DNA of 51,296 bases from Rhodanobacteraceae bacterium (GCA_035534135.1 DATLSL010000037.1:1-51296), one strand, 5' to 3'. Shown: positions 1-12,097, counted from the first letter of the stretch. Numbers and translations are program-made. Notes: generated by a model from the letters alone, not told the origin.

Positions 1-69
1 GTCAACGGCGTGCTCGACAAGCTGGCCGCGCGCTGGCGCGAGACCGAGTACCGCGCCGGCGGCCGCTGA
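1..69 (+). CDS. nusB: Transcription antitermination factor NusB, 3' end (partial)
   Basis: Frame 1 reads VNGVLDKLAARWRETEYRAGGR*. VNGVLD is the NusB C-terminal motif, and the fragment lies directly upstream of thiL. Confidence 0.9.
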   Translation, partial: VNGVLDKLAARWRETEYRAGGR

Positions 70-97
70 GCGCGGCGCGGCTCGCAGGGGAGGTGCG

Positions 98-1084
98 ATG
101 GGCGAGTTCGATCTGATCGAGGCGATCCGCACACGCACCGCGCTGCGCCGCGACGACGTGCGCCTCGGCATCGGCGACGACGCCGCGCTGCTGGCGCCGC
201 CGCCCGGCCATCTGCTGGCGTCGAGCATCGACACCCTGGTCGAGGGTGTGCACTTTCCCGCCGGCACCGCGGCCGAGGATCTCGGCTGGAAGGCGCTGGC
301 GGTCAATCTGTCCGATCTCGCCGCGATGGGCGCCACCCCGGCCTGGGCGCTGCTGGCGCTGACGCTGCCGGCCGCCGATGCGCGCTTCGTCGAGCGCTTT
401 GCCGACGGTTTCGCCGAGCTGGCGCGCATGCACTCGCTGGCGCTGGTCGGCGGCGATACCACCCAGGGACCGCTCAGCATCAGCGTGGCCGTGCACGGTT
501 TCGTGCCGGCCGCCGCCGCGCTGACCCGCGCCGGTGCGCATGCCGGCGATCTGCTGCTGGTCACCGGCACACTCGGTGACGCCGCCGCCGGACTGGTCTG
601 CCTGGACCGCCAGCACGCGCGCGCCAATGCCTTGCTGGCCGCGCCCAACGGCACCCGCGAGGCACTGCTGGCCAGGCTCAATCGGCCGACACCGCGCGTT
701 GCCGCAGGACAGGCATTGCGCGGCGTCGCCAGCGCCTGCATCGACGTCTCCGACGGCCTGCTGGCGGACCTCGACCACCTGTGCACGGCCAGCGGCGTCG
801 GCGCCGAGATCGACGCCGCGACGCTGCCGCTGTCGTCGGCGCTGATGACCCTGTTCGATGACGAGGCGCGGCTGGGTTTTGCGCTGACCGGCGGCGACGA
901 CTACGAGCTGTGTTTCAGCGTGGCGCCCGAGCGCGTCGGTGCCGCGACTGCCGATCTTGCGCGACTGGGCTGCGGCGTTACCCGCATCGGCCGCATCGTC
1001 GCTGCGCCGGGCGTGCACGTGCAGGGCGCCGACGGCCGCGAGCTGGTGCCGCCGCGCCGCGGCTACGAGCACTTCGCGCGATGA
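98..1084 (+). CDS. thiL: Thiamine-phosphate kinase
   Basis: MGEFDLI start, GIGDDAA, NLSDLAAMGA, GGDT, DVSDGL and GGDDYEL motifs; GGAGG RBS. Confidence 0.97.
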   Translation: MGEFDLIEAIRTRTALRRDDVRLGIGDDAALLAPPPGHLLASSIDTLVEGVHFPAGTAAEDLGWKALAVNLSDLAAMGATPAWALLALTLPAADARFVERFADGFAELARMHSLALVGGDTTQGPLSISVAVHGFVPAAAALTRAGAHAGDLLLVTGTLGDAAAGLVCLDRQHARANALLAAPNGTREALLARLNRPTPRVAAGQALRGVASACIDVSDGLLADLDHLCTASGVGAEIDAATLPLSSALMTLFDDEARLGFALTGGDDYELCFSVAPERVGAATADLARLGCGVTRIGRIVAAPGVHVQGADGRELVPPRRGYEHFAR

Positions 1085-1587
1085 GCGCAGGCCTCGACGC
1101 CGCGCAGCGCCGCAGTCTGCTGGCGCATGTCGATGGCTGGATCGCGCTCGGCTTCGGCAGCGGCCTGGTGCCGCGTGCGCCGGGCACCGCCGGCTCGCTG
1201 GCGGCGCTGCTGCCGTGGCTGGCGTTGCGCCTGCTGCCGTGGCCGCTGTACCTCGCCGCGCTGGTGCCGGCGTTCGCACTGGGTGTCTGGGCCTGCGATC
1301 GCGCCGGCCGGCGCATCGGCGTGCACGATCCCGGTGCGTTCGTGTTCGACGAATTCGTCGGTCAGTGGGTCGCCCTGATCCCGGCGCTGCTGGCGCCCTG
1401 GTGGGCGGTGGCAGCGGGGTTCGCGCTGTTTCGCCTGTTTGACATCGCCAAGCCGTGGCCGGTGCGCTGGGCCGATCGCCGCGTCGGCGGCGGCCTCGGC
1501 GTGATGCTCGACGACGTGCTCGCCGGCGCGCTGGCCGCACTCGCGCTTGCGCTGCTGCTCGAAGTGCATGGCCGTCTCTACGGCTGA
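1081..1587 (+). CDS. pgpA: Phosphatidylglycerophosphatase A
   Basis: GFGSG..APGTAGS, HDPG..VFDEFVG, FRLFDIAKPWP and GVMLDD motifs; ATGA overlap with thiL. Confidence 0.95.
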   Translation: MSAGLDAAQRRSLLAHVDGWIALGFGSGLVPRAPGTAGSLAALLPWLALRLLPWPLYLAALVPAFALGVWACDRAGRRIGVHDPGAFVFDEFVGQWVALIPALLAPWWAVAAGFALFRLFDIAKPWPVRWADRRVGGGLGVMLDDVLAGALAALALALLLEVHGRLYG

Positions 1588-1649
1588 ACAGACGCCTGTG
1601 CAGAACCCAATTTCAAGTCAGCCATGATGTCTTGTCCTTCCCGGCAACA

Positions 1650-1678
1650 TGCCATCCTGAGCGCAAGCGAAGGGTCTG
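1650..1678 (+). repeat. Degenerate REP/MITE-like unit (TGCCATCCTGAGCGCAAGCGAAGGGTCT)
   Basis: Resembles the widespread GTCATCCTGAGCGCAGCGAAGGATCT-type extragenic palindrome half. Related sequence occurs at 24147-24198. Confidence 0.5.
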
Positions 1679-1681
1679 GCT

Positions 1682-2053
1682 TCAGGTCGACAGCGCAGTC
1701 AGCGCCGGCACTCCCGTCATCGGCCTGGCAGAGTGGCGCTGCGCGGACCGCACTCGCCGCGATTCGGCGGGGCATGCCAGGTGCGGATAGCAGCCGGTGA
1801 TCGCGTGCTCCATGCGTGCTTCCCACCGCGTGCGCAGACGATCGCTCCAGCTGGCCCGCAGACGCGCGTTTGGCAGCACCGGCGACGCCAGCATCGTGGT
1901 GTGCAGATAGTCATGCTCGAGCTGCTTGAGGCTGAGGCCTGATGCGCCGGTCGTTTCGCCGTGGCGGCGCGCGCGCGTCGCCAGTTCATCCAGCGGCAGC
2001 ATCGGCACATGCAGCGGAATGGTGTCGATCCAGACTTGCGTGATGCGTTCCAT
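1682..2053 (-). CDS. Hypothetical protein
   Basis: ORF MERITQVWIDTIP... preceded by a GGGGGA RBS-like run; no recognisable motif. Confidence 0.45.
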   Translation of the reverse strand: MERITQVWIDTIPLHVPMLPLDELATRARRHGETTGASGLSLKQLEHDYLHTTMLASPVLPNARLRASWSDRLRTRWEARMEHAITGCYPHLACPAESRRVRSAQRHSARPMTGVPALTALST

Positions 2054-2229
2054 GACGGATTCCCCCCAGGCGTGTGACAACCGGTCCCGCGCGCAGCACT
2101 CCCGGTTGCAGGGTCATCCCGGCGCAGCGGCCGGACTGTGCCGGTGCGCACAGTTGCGGCGCGATGTCACACACGTTCACGCCGCACGCCGCATGCCGGG
2201 CAGGGAGGCGTGGACGCGGGCCGCCGCGG

Positions 2230-3192
2230 TCACGCGCCGGGCCGCACGGCCGGCTCCGGCGCGGGCGGTTCGGGCTGCGGAAAGGTCCGCTGGAGAAAAC
2301 CCTGCGTTTCCTCCAGCAGGAACTGCCGGAAGGCCCGCGACGCCGGCGTGAGCTGCTTGGCCTTCATGTGCACGACGTGCCAGGTGCGCATCAGCGGGGT
2401 GCCGACGACATCGAGCAGGCAGACCTCGCCGCAGCGCAGTTCGAGCGCCAGCGTGTGCAGCGACAGCAGGCTGATGCCCATGCCCGCCATCACCGCCTGC
2501 TTCACCGTTTCGTTGCTGCCCATCAGCAGCAGCCGGGCCGGCTGGAACAGGTGCTGCCTGAACATGGCCTCCATCACCAGGCGCGTTCCGGAGCCCGGCT
2601 CGCGCATCAGGATGGTTTCGCCGCGCAGTTCCTGCAGGTCGAAGCGCCGCGCCGCGGCCAGCGGATGCGCGGCCGGCGCCACCAGCACGTGCGGATTTCC
2701 GGCCAGCGGCTCGGCGACGGCATCCAGGCGCTCGGACGGCCGGCCCATGATCGCGAGATCGATCTCGTTGTCCTGCAGCAGGCGCAGCAGGGTCTCGCGA
2801 TTGCCCACCGCGAAGCGCACTTCGATCTTCGGGTGCACCTCGGTGAAGCGCGCGAGCAGCTTGGGCGAGAAGTACTTGGCGGTGCTGACCAGCCCCACGT
2901 TGACCAGCCCGCCGCGCAAGCCCTTGAGCGCCTGCAGCGCCTGCTCGGCGTCCTCGAGTTCGCCGAGCACGCGGGCGGCGTGATGGCGAAACAGCGTGCC
3001 GGCCTCGGTCAGCACCAGTTTCTTGCCGACGCGCTCGAACAGGGCCAGGCCGGCAGCCTGCTCGAGCTGCCGGATCTGCATCGAAATCGCCGGCTGCGAC
3101 AGGTGCAGCGATTCGGCGGCGCGCGCAAAGCTCATGTGGCGCGTCGCTTCGATGAAGATCTGCAGCTGACGGAGGCTGAGGTGCCGGATCAC
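2230..3192 (-). CDS. cbbR: LysR-type regulator of the cbb operon
   Basis: LSLRQLQIF..SFARAAESLHLSQPAISMQIRQLE HTH, REPGSGTR and SNETVKQAVMAGMGIS motifs; divergent from cbbL. Start uncertain (GTG at 3192). Confidence 0.93.
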   Translation of the reverse strand: MIRHLSLRQLQIFIEATRHMSFARAAESLHLSQPAISMQIRQLEQAAGLALFERVGKKLVLTEAGTLFRHHAARVLGELEDAEQALQALKGLRGGLVNVGLVSTAKYFSPKLLARFTEVHPKIEVRFAVGNRETLLRLLQDNEIDLAIMGRPSERLDAVAEPLAGNPHVLVAPAAHPLAAARRFDLQELRGETILMREPGSGTRLVMEAMFRQHLFQPARLLLMGSNETVKQAVMAGMGISLLSLHTLALELRCGEVCLLDVVGTPLMRTWHVVHMKAKQLTPASRAFRQFLLEETQGFLQRTFPQPEPPAPEPAVRPGA

Positions 3193-3200
3193 CGGCCGAT

Positions 3201-4788
<1,588 letters not shown>

Positions 4789-4814
4789 CGCGCTCACACT
4801 CCGGAGATCACCCC

Positions 4815-5231
4815 ATGCGCATCACCCAGGGCACCTTCTCGTTCCTGCCTGACCTGAGCGACGCCGAGATCCAGGCCCAGGTCGCCCATGCCCAGCGTCA
4901 GGGCTGGGCCTTGTCGGTCGAGTACACGGACGATCCGCACCCGCGCAATTGCTTCTGGGAGATGTGGGGATTGCCGATGTTCGACCTCGAGGATCCGGCC
5001 GGAGTCGTCCTCGAGGTGAATGAATGCCGCAAGGCATTCCCGCGCCACTACATCAAGGTCAACGCCTTCGACGCGACGCGCGGCTTCGAGACGGTGCGAC
5101 TGTCGTTCATCGTCAACCGGCCCGCGGACGAGCCCGGCTTCGGTCTGCTGCGCCAGGAGGTGCAGGGGCGCAGCATCCGTTACACCCTGCAGCCCTATGC
5201 GACCGCGAAGCCCGAAGGCCGGCGCTACTGA
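4815..5231 (+). CDS. cbbS: RubisCO small subunit, red-type
   Basis: [36 protein letters not shown] and the C-terminal hairpin extension typical of red-type; GGAG RBS. Confidence 0.97.
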   Translation: MRITQGTFSFLPDLSDAEIQAQVAHAQRQGWALSVEYTDDPHPRNCFWEMWGLPMFDLEDPAGVVLEVNECRKAFPRHYIKVNAFDATRGFETVRLSFIVNRPADEPGFGLLRQEVQGRSIRYTLQPYATAKPEGRRY

Positions 5232-5242
5232 CCGCGCGTCAT

Positions 5243-6238
5243 ATGAACACGACTCCGGCCATGAGCATCGACATGCATCACATCGGCGACACCGTCAGCG
5301 CTGACGCGGCGCCGGTGGTGGCCGAATCGCTGCTCGCGCTGTATCGCGAGTCCGGCATGGCCGAGGTGCTGGACCAGCTCGACGCCGAGCTGGTGGGCCT
5401 GGCGCCGGTGAAATCCCGCATCCGCGACATCGCCGCCCTGCTGGTGGTGGACAAGGCGCGGCGCGCGCACGGCCTGGCATCGGGCCCGCCCAGTCTGCAC
5501 ATGTGCTTCACCGGCAATCCCGGCACCGGCAAGACCACCGTGGCCCAGCGCATGGCCGACATCCTGCACCGGCTCGGTTACGTGCGCAGCAACCGGCTGG
5601 TGGCGGTGACCCGCGATGATCTGGTCGGCCAGTACATCGGGCATACCGCGCCCAAGACCAGGGACGTGCTCAAGCGGGCGATGGGCGGCGTGCTGTTCAT
5701 CGACGAGGCCTACTACCTGTACCGGCCGGAGAACGAACGCGACTACGGCCAGGAAGCGATCGAGATCCTGCTGCAGGTGATGGAGAACCAGCGCGACGAC
5801 CTGGTCGTGATCCTGGCCGGTTACAAGGACCGCATGGACACGTTTTTCCGCAGCAATCCGGGTTTGTCCTCGCGCATCGCGCACCACATCGATTTTCCAG
5901 ACTACGGCGCCGGCGAGCTGCTGGCGATCACCCTGCTGATGGCGACGCGGATGAACTACCGCTTCGACGACGACGGCCTGCAGGCGATGCGCGACTACAT
6001 CGCCCATCGCGTCGCCCAGCCGCACTTCGCCAACGCCCGCTCGATGCGCAATGCGCTCGACCGTGCGCGCCTGCGCCAGGCCAACCGGTTGTTCCGGCAG
6101 GCCGTGGCAGGCACGGGCGTCGTGGCCGAGAGCGCCGATGCGCTGATGACCCTGGTGGCCGCGGACATCCGCACCAGCCGCGTGTTTCAAGGCGGTCTCG
6201 GCGCGGCAGCGGACACGAACGAAGACCCGCCGCACTGA
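5243..6238 (+). CDS. cbbX: RubisCO activase CbbX (AAA+)
   Basis: Walker [24 protein letters not shown] pore loop, [25 protein letters not shown]. Confidence 0.96.
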   Translation: MNTTPAMSIDMHHIGDTVSADAAPVVAESLLALYRESGMAEVLDQLDAELVGLAPVKSRIRDIAALLVVDKARRAHGLASGPPSLHMCFTGNPGTGKTTVAQRMADILHRLGYVRSNRLVAVTRDDLVGQYIGHTAPKTRDVLKRAMGGVLFIDEAYYLYRPENERDYGQEAIEILLQVMENQRDDLVVILAGYKDRMDTFFRSNPGLSSRIAHHIDFPDYGAGELLAITLLMATRMNYRFDDDGLQAMRDYIAHRVAQPHFANARSMRNALDRARLRQANRLFRQAVAGTGVVAESADALMTLVAADIRTSRVFQGGLGAAADTNEDPPH

Positions 6239-6265
6239 AGCCTTGCGAAGGATGGAGGGTGAGCC

Positions 6266-7345
6266 ATGCCGTACCAGCGTTCGACCCTGTCGAAATTCCT
6301 GATCGAGCAACTGCGCGGCAGCGTGCGCGAGCAGCAGCTCGCCGCACTGCTGGTGGACGTTGCCGCGGCGGTCAAGACGATTTCCGCGATCGTCGCCAAG
6401 GGCGCGCTGGACGAACGCCACGAATCGCTGCCGTCGCACAACGTGCACGGCGAGGTGCAGAAACCCCTGGACGTGCTGACCCACGAGATCTTCCTGCGTC
6501 ACTGCGAGTGGGGCGGACTGCTGGCCGGCATGACCTCGGAGGAAATGGAACAGCCCTGCGCAATTCCCACCGAGTACGCGCGCGGCCCCTACCTGCTGGC
6601 ATTCGACCCGCTCGACGGCTCGTCCAACATCGACGTCAACGTGGCCGTCGGTTCGATCTTCTCGGTGCTGGTGCATCCCGGCAGCGAGACGGCGGCAGCG
6701 GCTGCCGAATTCCTGCAGGCCGGCGTGCGCCAGGTCGCCGCCGGCTATGCCATCTACGGGCCGAGCACGATGCTGGTACTGACCATCGGGCAGGGCACGC
6801 ACGGCTTCACCCTCGACCGCGAGATCGGCAACTTCATCCTCACCCACCGCGATCTGGCGATTCCGGCCGATACCGCCGAATTCGCGATCAATACGTCCAA
6901 CGAGCGCTTCTGGGAAGCGCCGGTGCAGCGCTACGTGAGCGAATGCAAGTCCGGCGCGAGCGGCGTGCGCGAGCGCGACTTCAACATGCGCTGGATCGCC
7001 TCGCTGGTCGCCGAGGTGCATCGCATCCTGATCCGCGGCGGCGTGTTCATGTATCCGCGCGACACCCGCGTGCCCGGCAAGTCCGGCCGGCTGCGGCAGC
7101 TCTACGAGGCCAATCCGATGGCACTCCTTGTCGAGCAGGCCGGCGGCAGTGCCAGCACCGGCCGCGAGCGCATCCTCGACGTCGTGCCCGGCGAACTGCA
7201 CCAGCGCATAGCGGTCATCCTCGGCTCGCGCAACGAAGTCGCGCGCATCGAGCGCTACCACCGCGAGCACGAGGACGGCAGCGATCGCCCCTTCGTCTCG
7301 CCGCTGTTCAACGAGCGCTCGCTGCTGCGCCCCGATCCGGTTTAG
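6266..7345 (+). CDS. cbbF: Class 1 fructose-1,6-/sedoheptulose-1,7-bisphosphatase
   Basis: [23 protein letters not shown] and LYEANP motifs. Confidence 0.95.
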   Translation: MPYQRSTLSKFLIEQLRGSVREQQLAALLVDVAAAVKTISAIVAKGALDERHESLPSHNVHGEVQKPLDVLTHEIFLRHCEWGGLLAGMTSEEMEQPCAIPTEYARGPYLLAFDPLDGSSNIDVNVAVGSIFSVLVHPGSETAAAAAEFLQAGVRQVAAGYAIYGPSTMLVLTIGQGTHGFTLDREIGNFILTHRDLAIPADTAEFAINTSNERFWEAPVQRYVSECKSGASGVRERDFNMRWIASLVAEVHRILIRGGVFMYPRDTRVPGKSGRLRQLYEANPMALLVEQAGGSASTGRERILDVVPGELHQRIAVILGSRNEVARIERYHREHEDGSDRPFVSPLFNERSLLRPDPV

Positions 7346-7415
7346 CGAGTCTGCGCGGGGCGTTGCGGATTCGATCGGCATTGCGGGATCCCGTCACTAC
7401 TCAAGGGCGTGCGGC

Positions 7416-8291
7416 ATGTCCACCAAGCATCCCATCGTTGCGGTCACCGGATCATCGGGCGCCGGCACCACCACCGTGATGCAGAGTTTCCAGCACATCT
7501 TCCGGCGCGAGGTCCTGCGCGCACAGGTGGTCGAGGGCGATTCATTCCATCGCTACGACCGCGCCGGCATGCGCCAGGTGATGCAGGAGGCGGAACAGGC
7601 CGGCAATCGTCACTTCAGCCATTTCGGCCCCGAAGCCAATCTGTTCGACGAACTAGAGACGCTGTTTCGCAGCTACGGCGAGAGCGGCGGCGGCAAGGTC
7701 CGCCGCTACCTGCACGACGCCGGCGAGGCCGCGCCCTTCGGGCAGAAGCCCGGCACCTTTACGCCGTGGGCCGAGGTGTCCGCCGACAGCGACCTGCTGT
7801 TCTACGAGGGCCTGCACGGCGGGGTGAAGCTGGATGGCGTCAACATCGCCGGCCACGCCGACCTGCTGATCGGCGTGGTGCCGATCCTCAATCTCGAGTG
7901 GATCCAGAAGATCAAGCGCGACCAGACCCATCGCGGCTACACCCAGGAGGCGGTCGTCGATACCATCCTGCGGCGCATGCCCGACTATGTGCGCTACATC
8001 TGTCCGCAGTTCAGCAACACGCACGTCAATTTCCAGCGCGTGCCGACGGTGGACACTTCCAATCCGTTCATCGCCCGCGAAATACCGACCTCCGACGAGA
8101 GCTTCGTCGTGATCCGTTTCGCGCGCCCGAGGGGCATCGACTTTCCGTATCTGCTCAACATGCTGCACGACTCCTTCATGAGCCGGCCCAACAGCATCGT
8201 GGTGCCGGGCGGCAAGATGGGCCTGGCAATGGAGATGATCTTCACGCCGATGATCCTGCAGTTGATGGATCGCAAGAAGCGCGCGGGCTGA
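7416..8291 (+). CDS. cbbP: Phosphoribulokinase (proteobacterial type)
   Basis: VTGSSGAGTT P-loop, EGDSFHRYDR, FYEGLHG, NFQRVPTVDTSNPF. Confidence 0.96.
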   Translation: MSTKHPIVAVTGSSGAGTTTVMQSFQHIFRREVLRAQVVEGDSFHRYDRAGMRQVMQEAEQAGNRHFSHFGPEANLFDELETLFRSYGESGGGKVRRYLHDAGEAAPFGQKPGTFTPWAEVSADSDLLFYEGLHGGVKLDGVNIAGHADLLIGVVPILNLEWIQKIKRDQTHRGYTQEAVVDTILRRMPDYVRYICPQFSNTHVNFQRVPTVDTSNPFIAREIPTSDESFVVIRFARPRGIDFPYLLNMLHDSFMSRPNSIVVPGGKMGLAMEMIFTPMILQLMDRKKRAG

Positions 8292-8293
8292 GG

Positions 8294-8419
8294 ATGACCA
8301 TGAACGAATCGAGCCCGCTCGCCCGCGACTGTTCATCGATGCACCCGCGACCGCCGTGCGTCGTCGGCAGCGTCGTCGCCGGAGACGTGGCGCGGGGCCC
8401 GGTCGCGGAGCGATCCTGA
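8294..8419 (+). other. 41-codon mini-ORF between cbbP and cbbZ (possible scar of a deleted gene)
   Basis: ATG 2 nt after the cbbP stop; its TGA overlaps the cbbZ ATG (TGATG). No recognisable domain. Confidence 0.35.
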
Positions 8420-9144
8420 TGGACCAGCCCCTGGCCGCCGCGGTGGACGGCATCCTGTTCGATCTCGACGGCACCCTCGTCGATACGGTGCCGGATCTGC
8501 TGCAGGCGACCAACGGCGTGCTCGCCGGTCTCGGGCTGGCGTCGCTGGACGCGCCGCGCATCCGCAGCATGATCGGCACCGGCGAGCGCGACCTGATGCG
8601 CCAGGCGCTGGTCGCGGTGCTGCGCGAGCCGCCTGCGGAGACGCTGCTCGAGCAGGCGCATCGCGCCTTCGACAGCGCCTATGCGCAGGCCAATGGACGG
8701 CATTCGCGGCTGTATGACGGTGTCGAATCCGGGCTGCGCCAGCTGCATGATCGCGGTCTGCCGCTGGCGGTCGTCACCAACAAGCCGCACGCGTTCAGCG
8801 TGGCGCTGTTGCAATCGCTCGGGGTGGCGGACCGGTTTGCGGCGATCGTCGGCGGCGACAGCACGCCGCTGCGCAAGCCGCGGGCCCTGCCGCTGCTGCA
8901 TGCCTGCGCGCAGCTCGGAATCACGCCCGCGGCGGCACTGATGGTCGGCGACTCGCCGATCGACGTGGCCGCGGCGCGCGCGGCGAACTGCCGCGTCGTC
9001 TGCGTGACCTATGGCTATACGCGTGGCCAGGACCCGCGCGAGTTCGGCGTGCCTCTGCTGTCGCGCATCGATGCATTGCCGGCGCTGTTGCAACGGGCCT
9101 GCATGCCCGGGGCGGTGCGCACGCCCACTTTACCAACGGTCTGA
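8419..9144 (+). CDS. cbbZ: Phosphoglycolate phosphatase (HAD)
   Basis: FDLDGTLVD, VVTNKP, KP and MVGDSPID HAD motifs; GGAG RBS; cbb context. Confidence 0.9.
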   Translation: MDQPLAAAVDGILFDLDGTLVDTVPDLLQATNGVLAGLGLASLDAPRIRSMIGTGERDLMRQALVAVLREPPAETLLEQAHRAFDSAYAQANGRHSRLYDGVESGLRQLHDRGLPLAVVTNKPHAFSVALLQSLGVADRFAAIVGGDSTPLRKPRALPLLHACAQLGITPAAALMVGDSPIDVAAARAANCRVVCVTYGYTRGQDPREFGVPLLSRIDALPALLQRACMPGAVRTPTLPTV

Positions 9145-9162
9145 CCCGCGGAGCTACGCACC

Positions 9163-10221
9163 ATGGCCCTGATTTCATTGCGTCAACTGCTGGACCACGC
9201 CGCCGAGCACGGTTACGGCGTGCCCGCCTTCAACATCAACAACCTCGAGCAGATCAACGCCATCATGATCGCGGCCGACGCCTGCGACGCGCCGGTGATC
9301 CTGCAGGCCTCGGCCGGAGCGCGCAAATACGCCGGCGAACCGATGCTGCGCAAGATGGTCGAGGGCGCGATCGAGATGTACCCGCACCTGCCGGTGGTGA
9401 TGCACCAGGACCACGGCGCCAGCCCCGCGGTCTGCCAGGCCTCCATCCGCAGCGGCTTTTCCAGCGTGATGATGGACGGCTCGCTGCTGGCCGACATGAA
9501 AACGCCGTCGTCGTATGCCTACAACGTCGAGGTGACCCGGCGTGTGGTCGAGATGGCGCACGCGGTCGGCGTCTCGGTCGAGGGCGAACTGGGATGCCTC
9601 GGCTCGCTCGAGACCGGGCAGGCGGGCGAGGAGGATGGCGTCGGTGCTGCCGGCACGCTGGATCATTCGCAGTTGCTGACCGATCCCGAGCAGGCCGTCG
9701 ATTTCGTCAGTCAGACCGGCGTCGACGCGCTGGCCATCGCCATCGGCACCTCGCATGGCGCCTACAAGTTCACGCGACCGCCCAGCGGCGAGATCCTCGC
9801 CATGGACCGGCTCAAGGCGATCCATGCACGGCTGCCGGACACGCATCTGGTGATGCACGGATCGAGCTCGGTGCCGCAGGAATGGCTGGCGGTCATCCGC
9901 GAATTCGGCGGTGCGATCAAGGAGACCTACGGTGTGCCGGTGGCGGAGATCGTCGAGGGCATCCGCCACGGCGTGCGCAAGGTCAACATCGACACCGACA
10001 TCCGTCTGGCGATGACCGGTGCGATGCGCAGGCTGCTGATCCAGAAGCCCGAGGAATTCGATCCGCGTGCGTGTCTCAAGGCGGCACAGGCCGCGGCCAG
10101 CGGCATCTGCAGGGAGCGCTTCGAGGCATTCGGCTGCGCCGGACAGGCCGGCAGGATCAAGCCGATGGCGCTGGAGCGCTTCGCGCGCGCCTACGCCGAG
10201 CGCGGCGCCCGGGCCGCCTGA
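9163..10221 (+). CDS. cbbA: Class II fructose-bisphosphate aldolase
   Basis: [41 protein letters not shown]. Confidence 0.96.
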   Translation: MALISLRQLLDHAAEHGYGVPAFNINNLEQINAIMIAADACDAPVILQASAGARKYAGEPMLRKMVEGAIEMYPHLPVVMHQDHGASPAVCQASIRSGFSSVMMDGSLLADMKTPSSYAYNVEVTRRVVEMAHAVGVSVEGELGCLGSLETGQAGEEDGVGAAGTLDHSQLLTDPEQAVDFVSQTGVDALAIAIGTSHGAYKFTRPPSGEILAMDRLKAIHARLPDTHLVMHGSSSVPQEWLAVIREFGGAIKETYGVPVAEIVEGIRHGVRKVNIDTDIRLAMTGAMRRLLIQKPEEFDPRACLKAAQAAASGICRERFEAFGCAGQAGRIKPMALERFARAYAERGARAA

Positions 10222-10238
10222 GCGCCGTGAGCTGACCC

Positions 10239-10796
10239 GTGGCCACGACCGCTCCTCCCGGCGAAATCGGTTCCTGCGCATCGGACTTCAGATTGCCCGA
10301 CGTCAGTGGTCGAATGTTCACGCTGGCCGACCTGCGCGGGCCCGGCGGCCTGGTCGTCGCCTTCATCTGCAACCACTGCCCCTATGTGCGCTCGGTGCTG
10401 CCGCATCTCGTGCGCGATGCGCGGGCGCTGCGCGAGCTTGGCATCGGCGTGGTGGCCATCAACAGCAACGACGCCGATGCCTATCCCGAGGACTCGCACG
10501 CGCACATGCGCGAGTTCGCGCGCGCGGCCGGTTTCGGTTTCCCGTATCTGCACGACCAGTCGCAGCACGTCGCACGCGCCTACGGAGCGGTCTGCACGCC
10601 GGACTTCTTCGGCTTCGACGCGCAGCTGCAGTTGCGCTACCGCGGCCGACTGGATGCCTCGCGCAAGGATCTCGTGGCCGATGCGCCGCGCGAGCTGTAC
10701 GAGGCGATGCGTGCGATCGCCGCCGGTCGCAGTCCGCCGGCGCCGCAGTTTCCGGGCATGGGCTGTTCGATCAAGTGGAAGCCGCCGGTGCCATGA
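10239..10796 (+). CDS. Thioredoxin-fold protein (AhpC/TSA-like)
   Basis: FICNHCPYV, YPEDS, YGAVCTPDFF and C-terminal GCSIKWK motifs. Confidence 0.88.
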   Translation: MATTAPPGEIGSCASDFRLPDVSGRMFTLADLRGPGGLVVAFICNHCPYVRSVLPHLVRDARALRELGIGVVAINSNDADAYPEDSHAHMREFARAAGFGFPYLHDQSQHVARAYGAVCTPDFFGFDAQLQLRYRGRLDASRKDLVADAPRELYEAMRAIAAGRSPPAPQFPGMGCSIKWKPPVP

Positions 10797-10884
10797 GCGC
10801 GGCACAGCCGGGCAGATGTTCAGGGCGGTTCGAAAAACCGCGTCGGCACAAAGACGTGCCCCCGCGACGAGCACGCGAGCTGGT

Positions 10885-10913
10885 CGCGGCAAAGGTGGCG
10901 CGGCTTTGCCGCG
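10885..10913. terminator. Hairpin between convergent genes (possible terminator)
   Basis: Perfect 10-bp stem CGCGGCAAAG/CTTTGCCGCG with 9-nt loop; only a weak U-tract. Confidence 0.4.
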
Positions 10914-10963
10914 CCCGTTTGCTTGCAAATCGCGGCAGGACGCCCGGTTTTGCAAACTGATGC

Positions 10964-12097
10964 TCAGGTGAAACGTTCGGAGAGCCGGTAGATGAGGTAT
11001 CCGCTCTCGCGGCGGGCACGTTCGGCAGAGCCGGCAAAGAACGCGCTGATGCTGCGAAACTCCGCGACCAGGCCATCGCGATCGTTGTCCGCGATCATCC
11101 GTGCCAGCTTGCGGTGGTGCTCGAGAAAGTCGAGCAGCAGGGCGCGCCGCTCCTCGTTGGCGAGCACGATATCGGCATAAAGATGCGGATCCTGCGCAAA
11201 CAGGCGCGCGGTCATCATCAGTTCCATGCGATAGACGGGACTGGAATAATCGAGGATGGCGTCCGGGTGCAGGTTGCTCTGACGCAGAAACGAGCCGTGC
11301 AGAAAGGTCGTGAAATGGCGCAGACCCTGGATCAGGTGCATCACCCGGTCATGCTGACCGGCCGCGATCGTGCGGGTGCGCATGCCCCACAGCCGGCACT
11401 GTTCGATCAGCCATTCACAACGCTCCGGGTCACGCCCGGGGCATACGAGCATCAGCTGCTTGCTCAGGTTGGGCGCGTCGGGTCCGTGCATCGGGTGCAG
11501 GCTGACGACCGGCCCGGCGTGAACCTGCAGCATGAGCTCGAGCAGTCCGCTCTTGTTGGAGGTGAAGTCGGCGAGCACCGCATCGGCGGGCAGGTGCGGC
11601 GCAAGGCGCCGGATCACCGCGGGCGTGGCGTCGATCGGTACCGCCACGATGGCGAGATCGATGCCGCTCGCCAGTTCATCGACGCGCGCCCAGTCGTCAT
11701 GGTCAAGGATGCGTACGTGGTGTCCGCTGCGTTCGAGGCAACGCCGGTAGAGCGACCCCATGCTGCCAGCGCCGCCGACCAGCAGCACGTTGCGCGACCG
11801 TGTGCCCGCGCGCGGAAACTCGCCGTGCGACTGCCGATCCCGCGAGCTGCTCATGATCATGCGCAGGAAATCCTCCGCCCATTCCGCATCCAGCCCGTGA
11901 TCTTCGGCTTGCTGACGAAAGCGCACGATCTTCTCGGCTTCGCGTTCGGCGTCGAAAATCGGCAGACTCCGGCGGATCTTGGCCGCGATCACCTCGCCGA
12001 CCACGCGGTTGCGCTGCTGCAGCAGATCGAGAATCTGCCGGTCGATGGCGTCGATCGTTTCGCGCGGGGCGGATAGCGGCTGGCTGTCGGACGGCAT
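10964..12097 (-). CDS. tyrA: Bifunctional chorismate mutase/prephenate dehydrogenase (T-protein)
   Basis: N-terminal AroQ domain (RETIDAIDRQILDLLQQR), then VGGAGSMG, DFTSNK, LHPMHGP, HDRVMHLIQGLRHF, RLFAQDPHLYADI. Alternative start 12154. Confidence 0.9.
   Translation of the reverse strand: MPSDSQPLSAPRETIDAIDRQILDLLQQRNRVVGEVIAAKIRRSLPIFDAEREAEKIVRFRQQAEDHGLDAEWAEDFLRMIMSSSRDRQSHGEFPRAGTRSRNVLLVGGAGSMGSLYRRCLERSGHHVRILDHDDWARVDELASGIDLAIVAVPIDATPAVIRRLAPHLPADAVLADFTSNKSGLLELMLQVHAGPVVSLHPMHGPDAPNLSKQLMLVCPGRDPERCEWLIEQCRLWGMRTRTIAAGQHDRVMHLIQGLRHFTTFLHGSFLRQSNLHPDAILDYSSPVYRMELMMTARLFAQDPHLYADIVLANEERRALLLDFLEHHRKLARMIADNDRDGLVAEFRSISAFFAGSAERARRESGYLIYRLSERFT

Noticed and set aside
2-1540. 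Long alternative-frame ORFs (e.g. 2-1540, 5225-7381, 31960-34659, 42772-45228)
   Set aside because: They are shadow ORFs overlapping well-supported genes, as expected in high-GC DNA, and have no motifs.
1588-2229. attR copy of the tRNA-Phe 3' end, or an integrase, at the island's left edge
   Set aside because: No TGGTGGCCAGGG-like duplicate and no tyrosine-recombinase motifs seen by eye.
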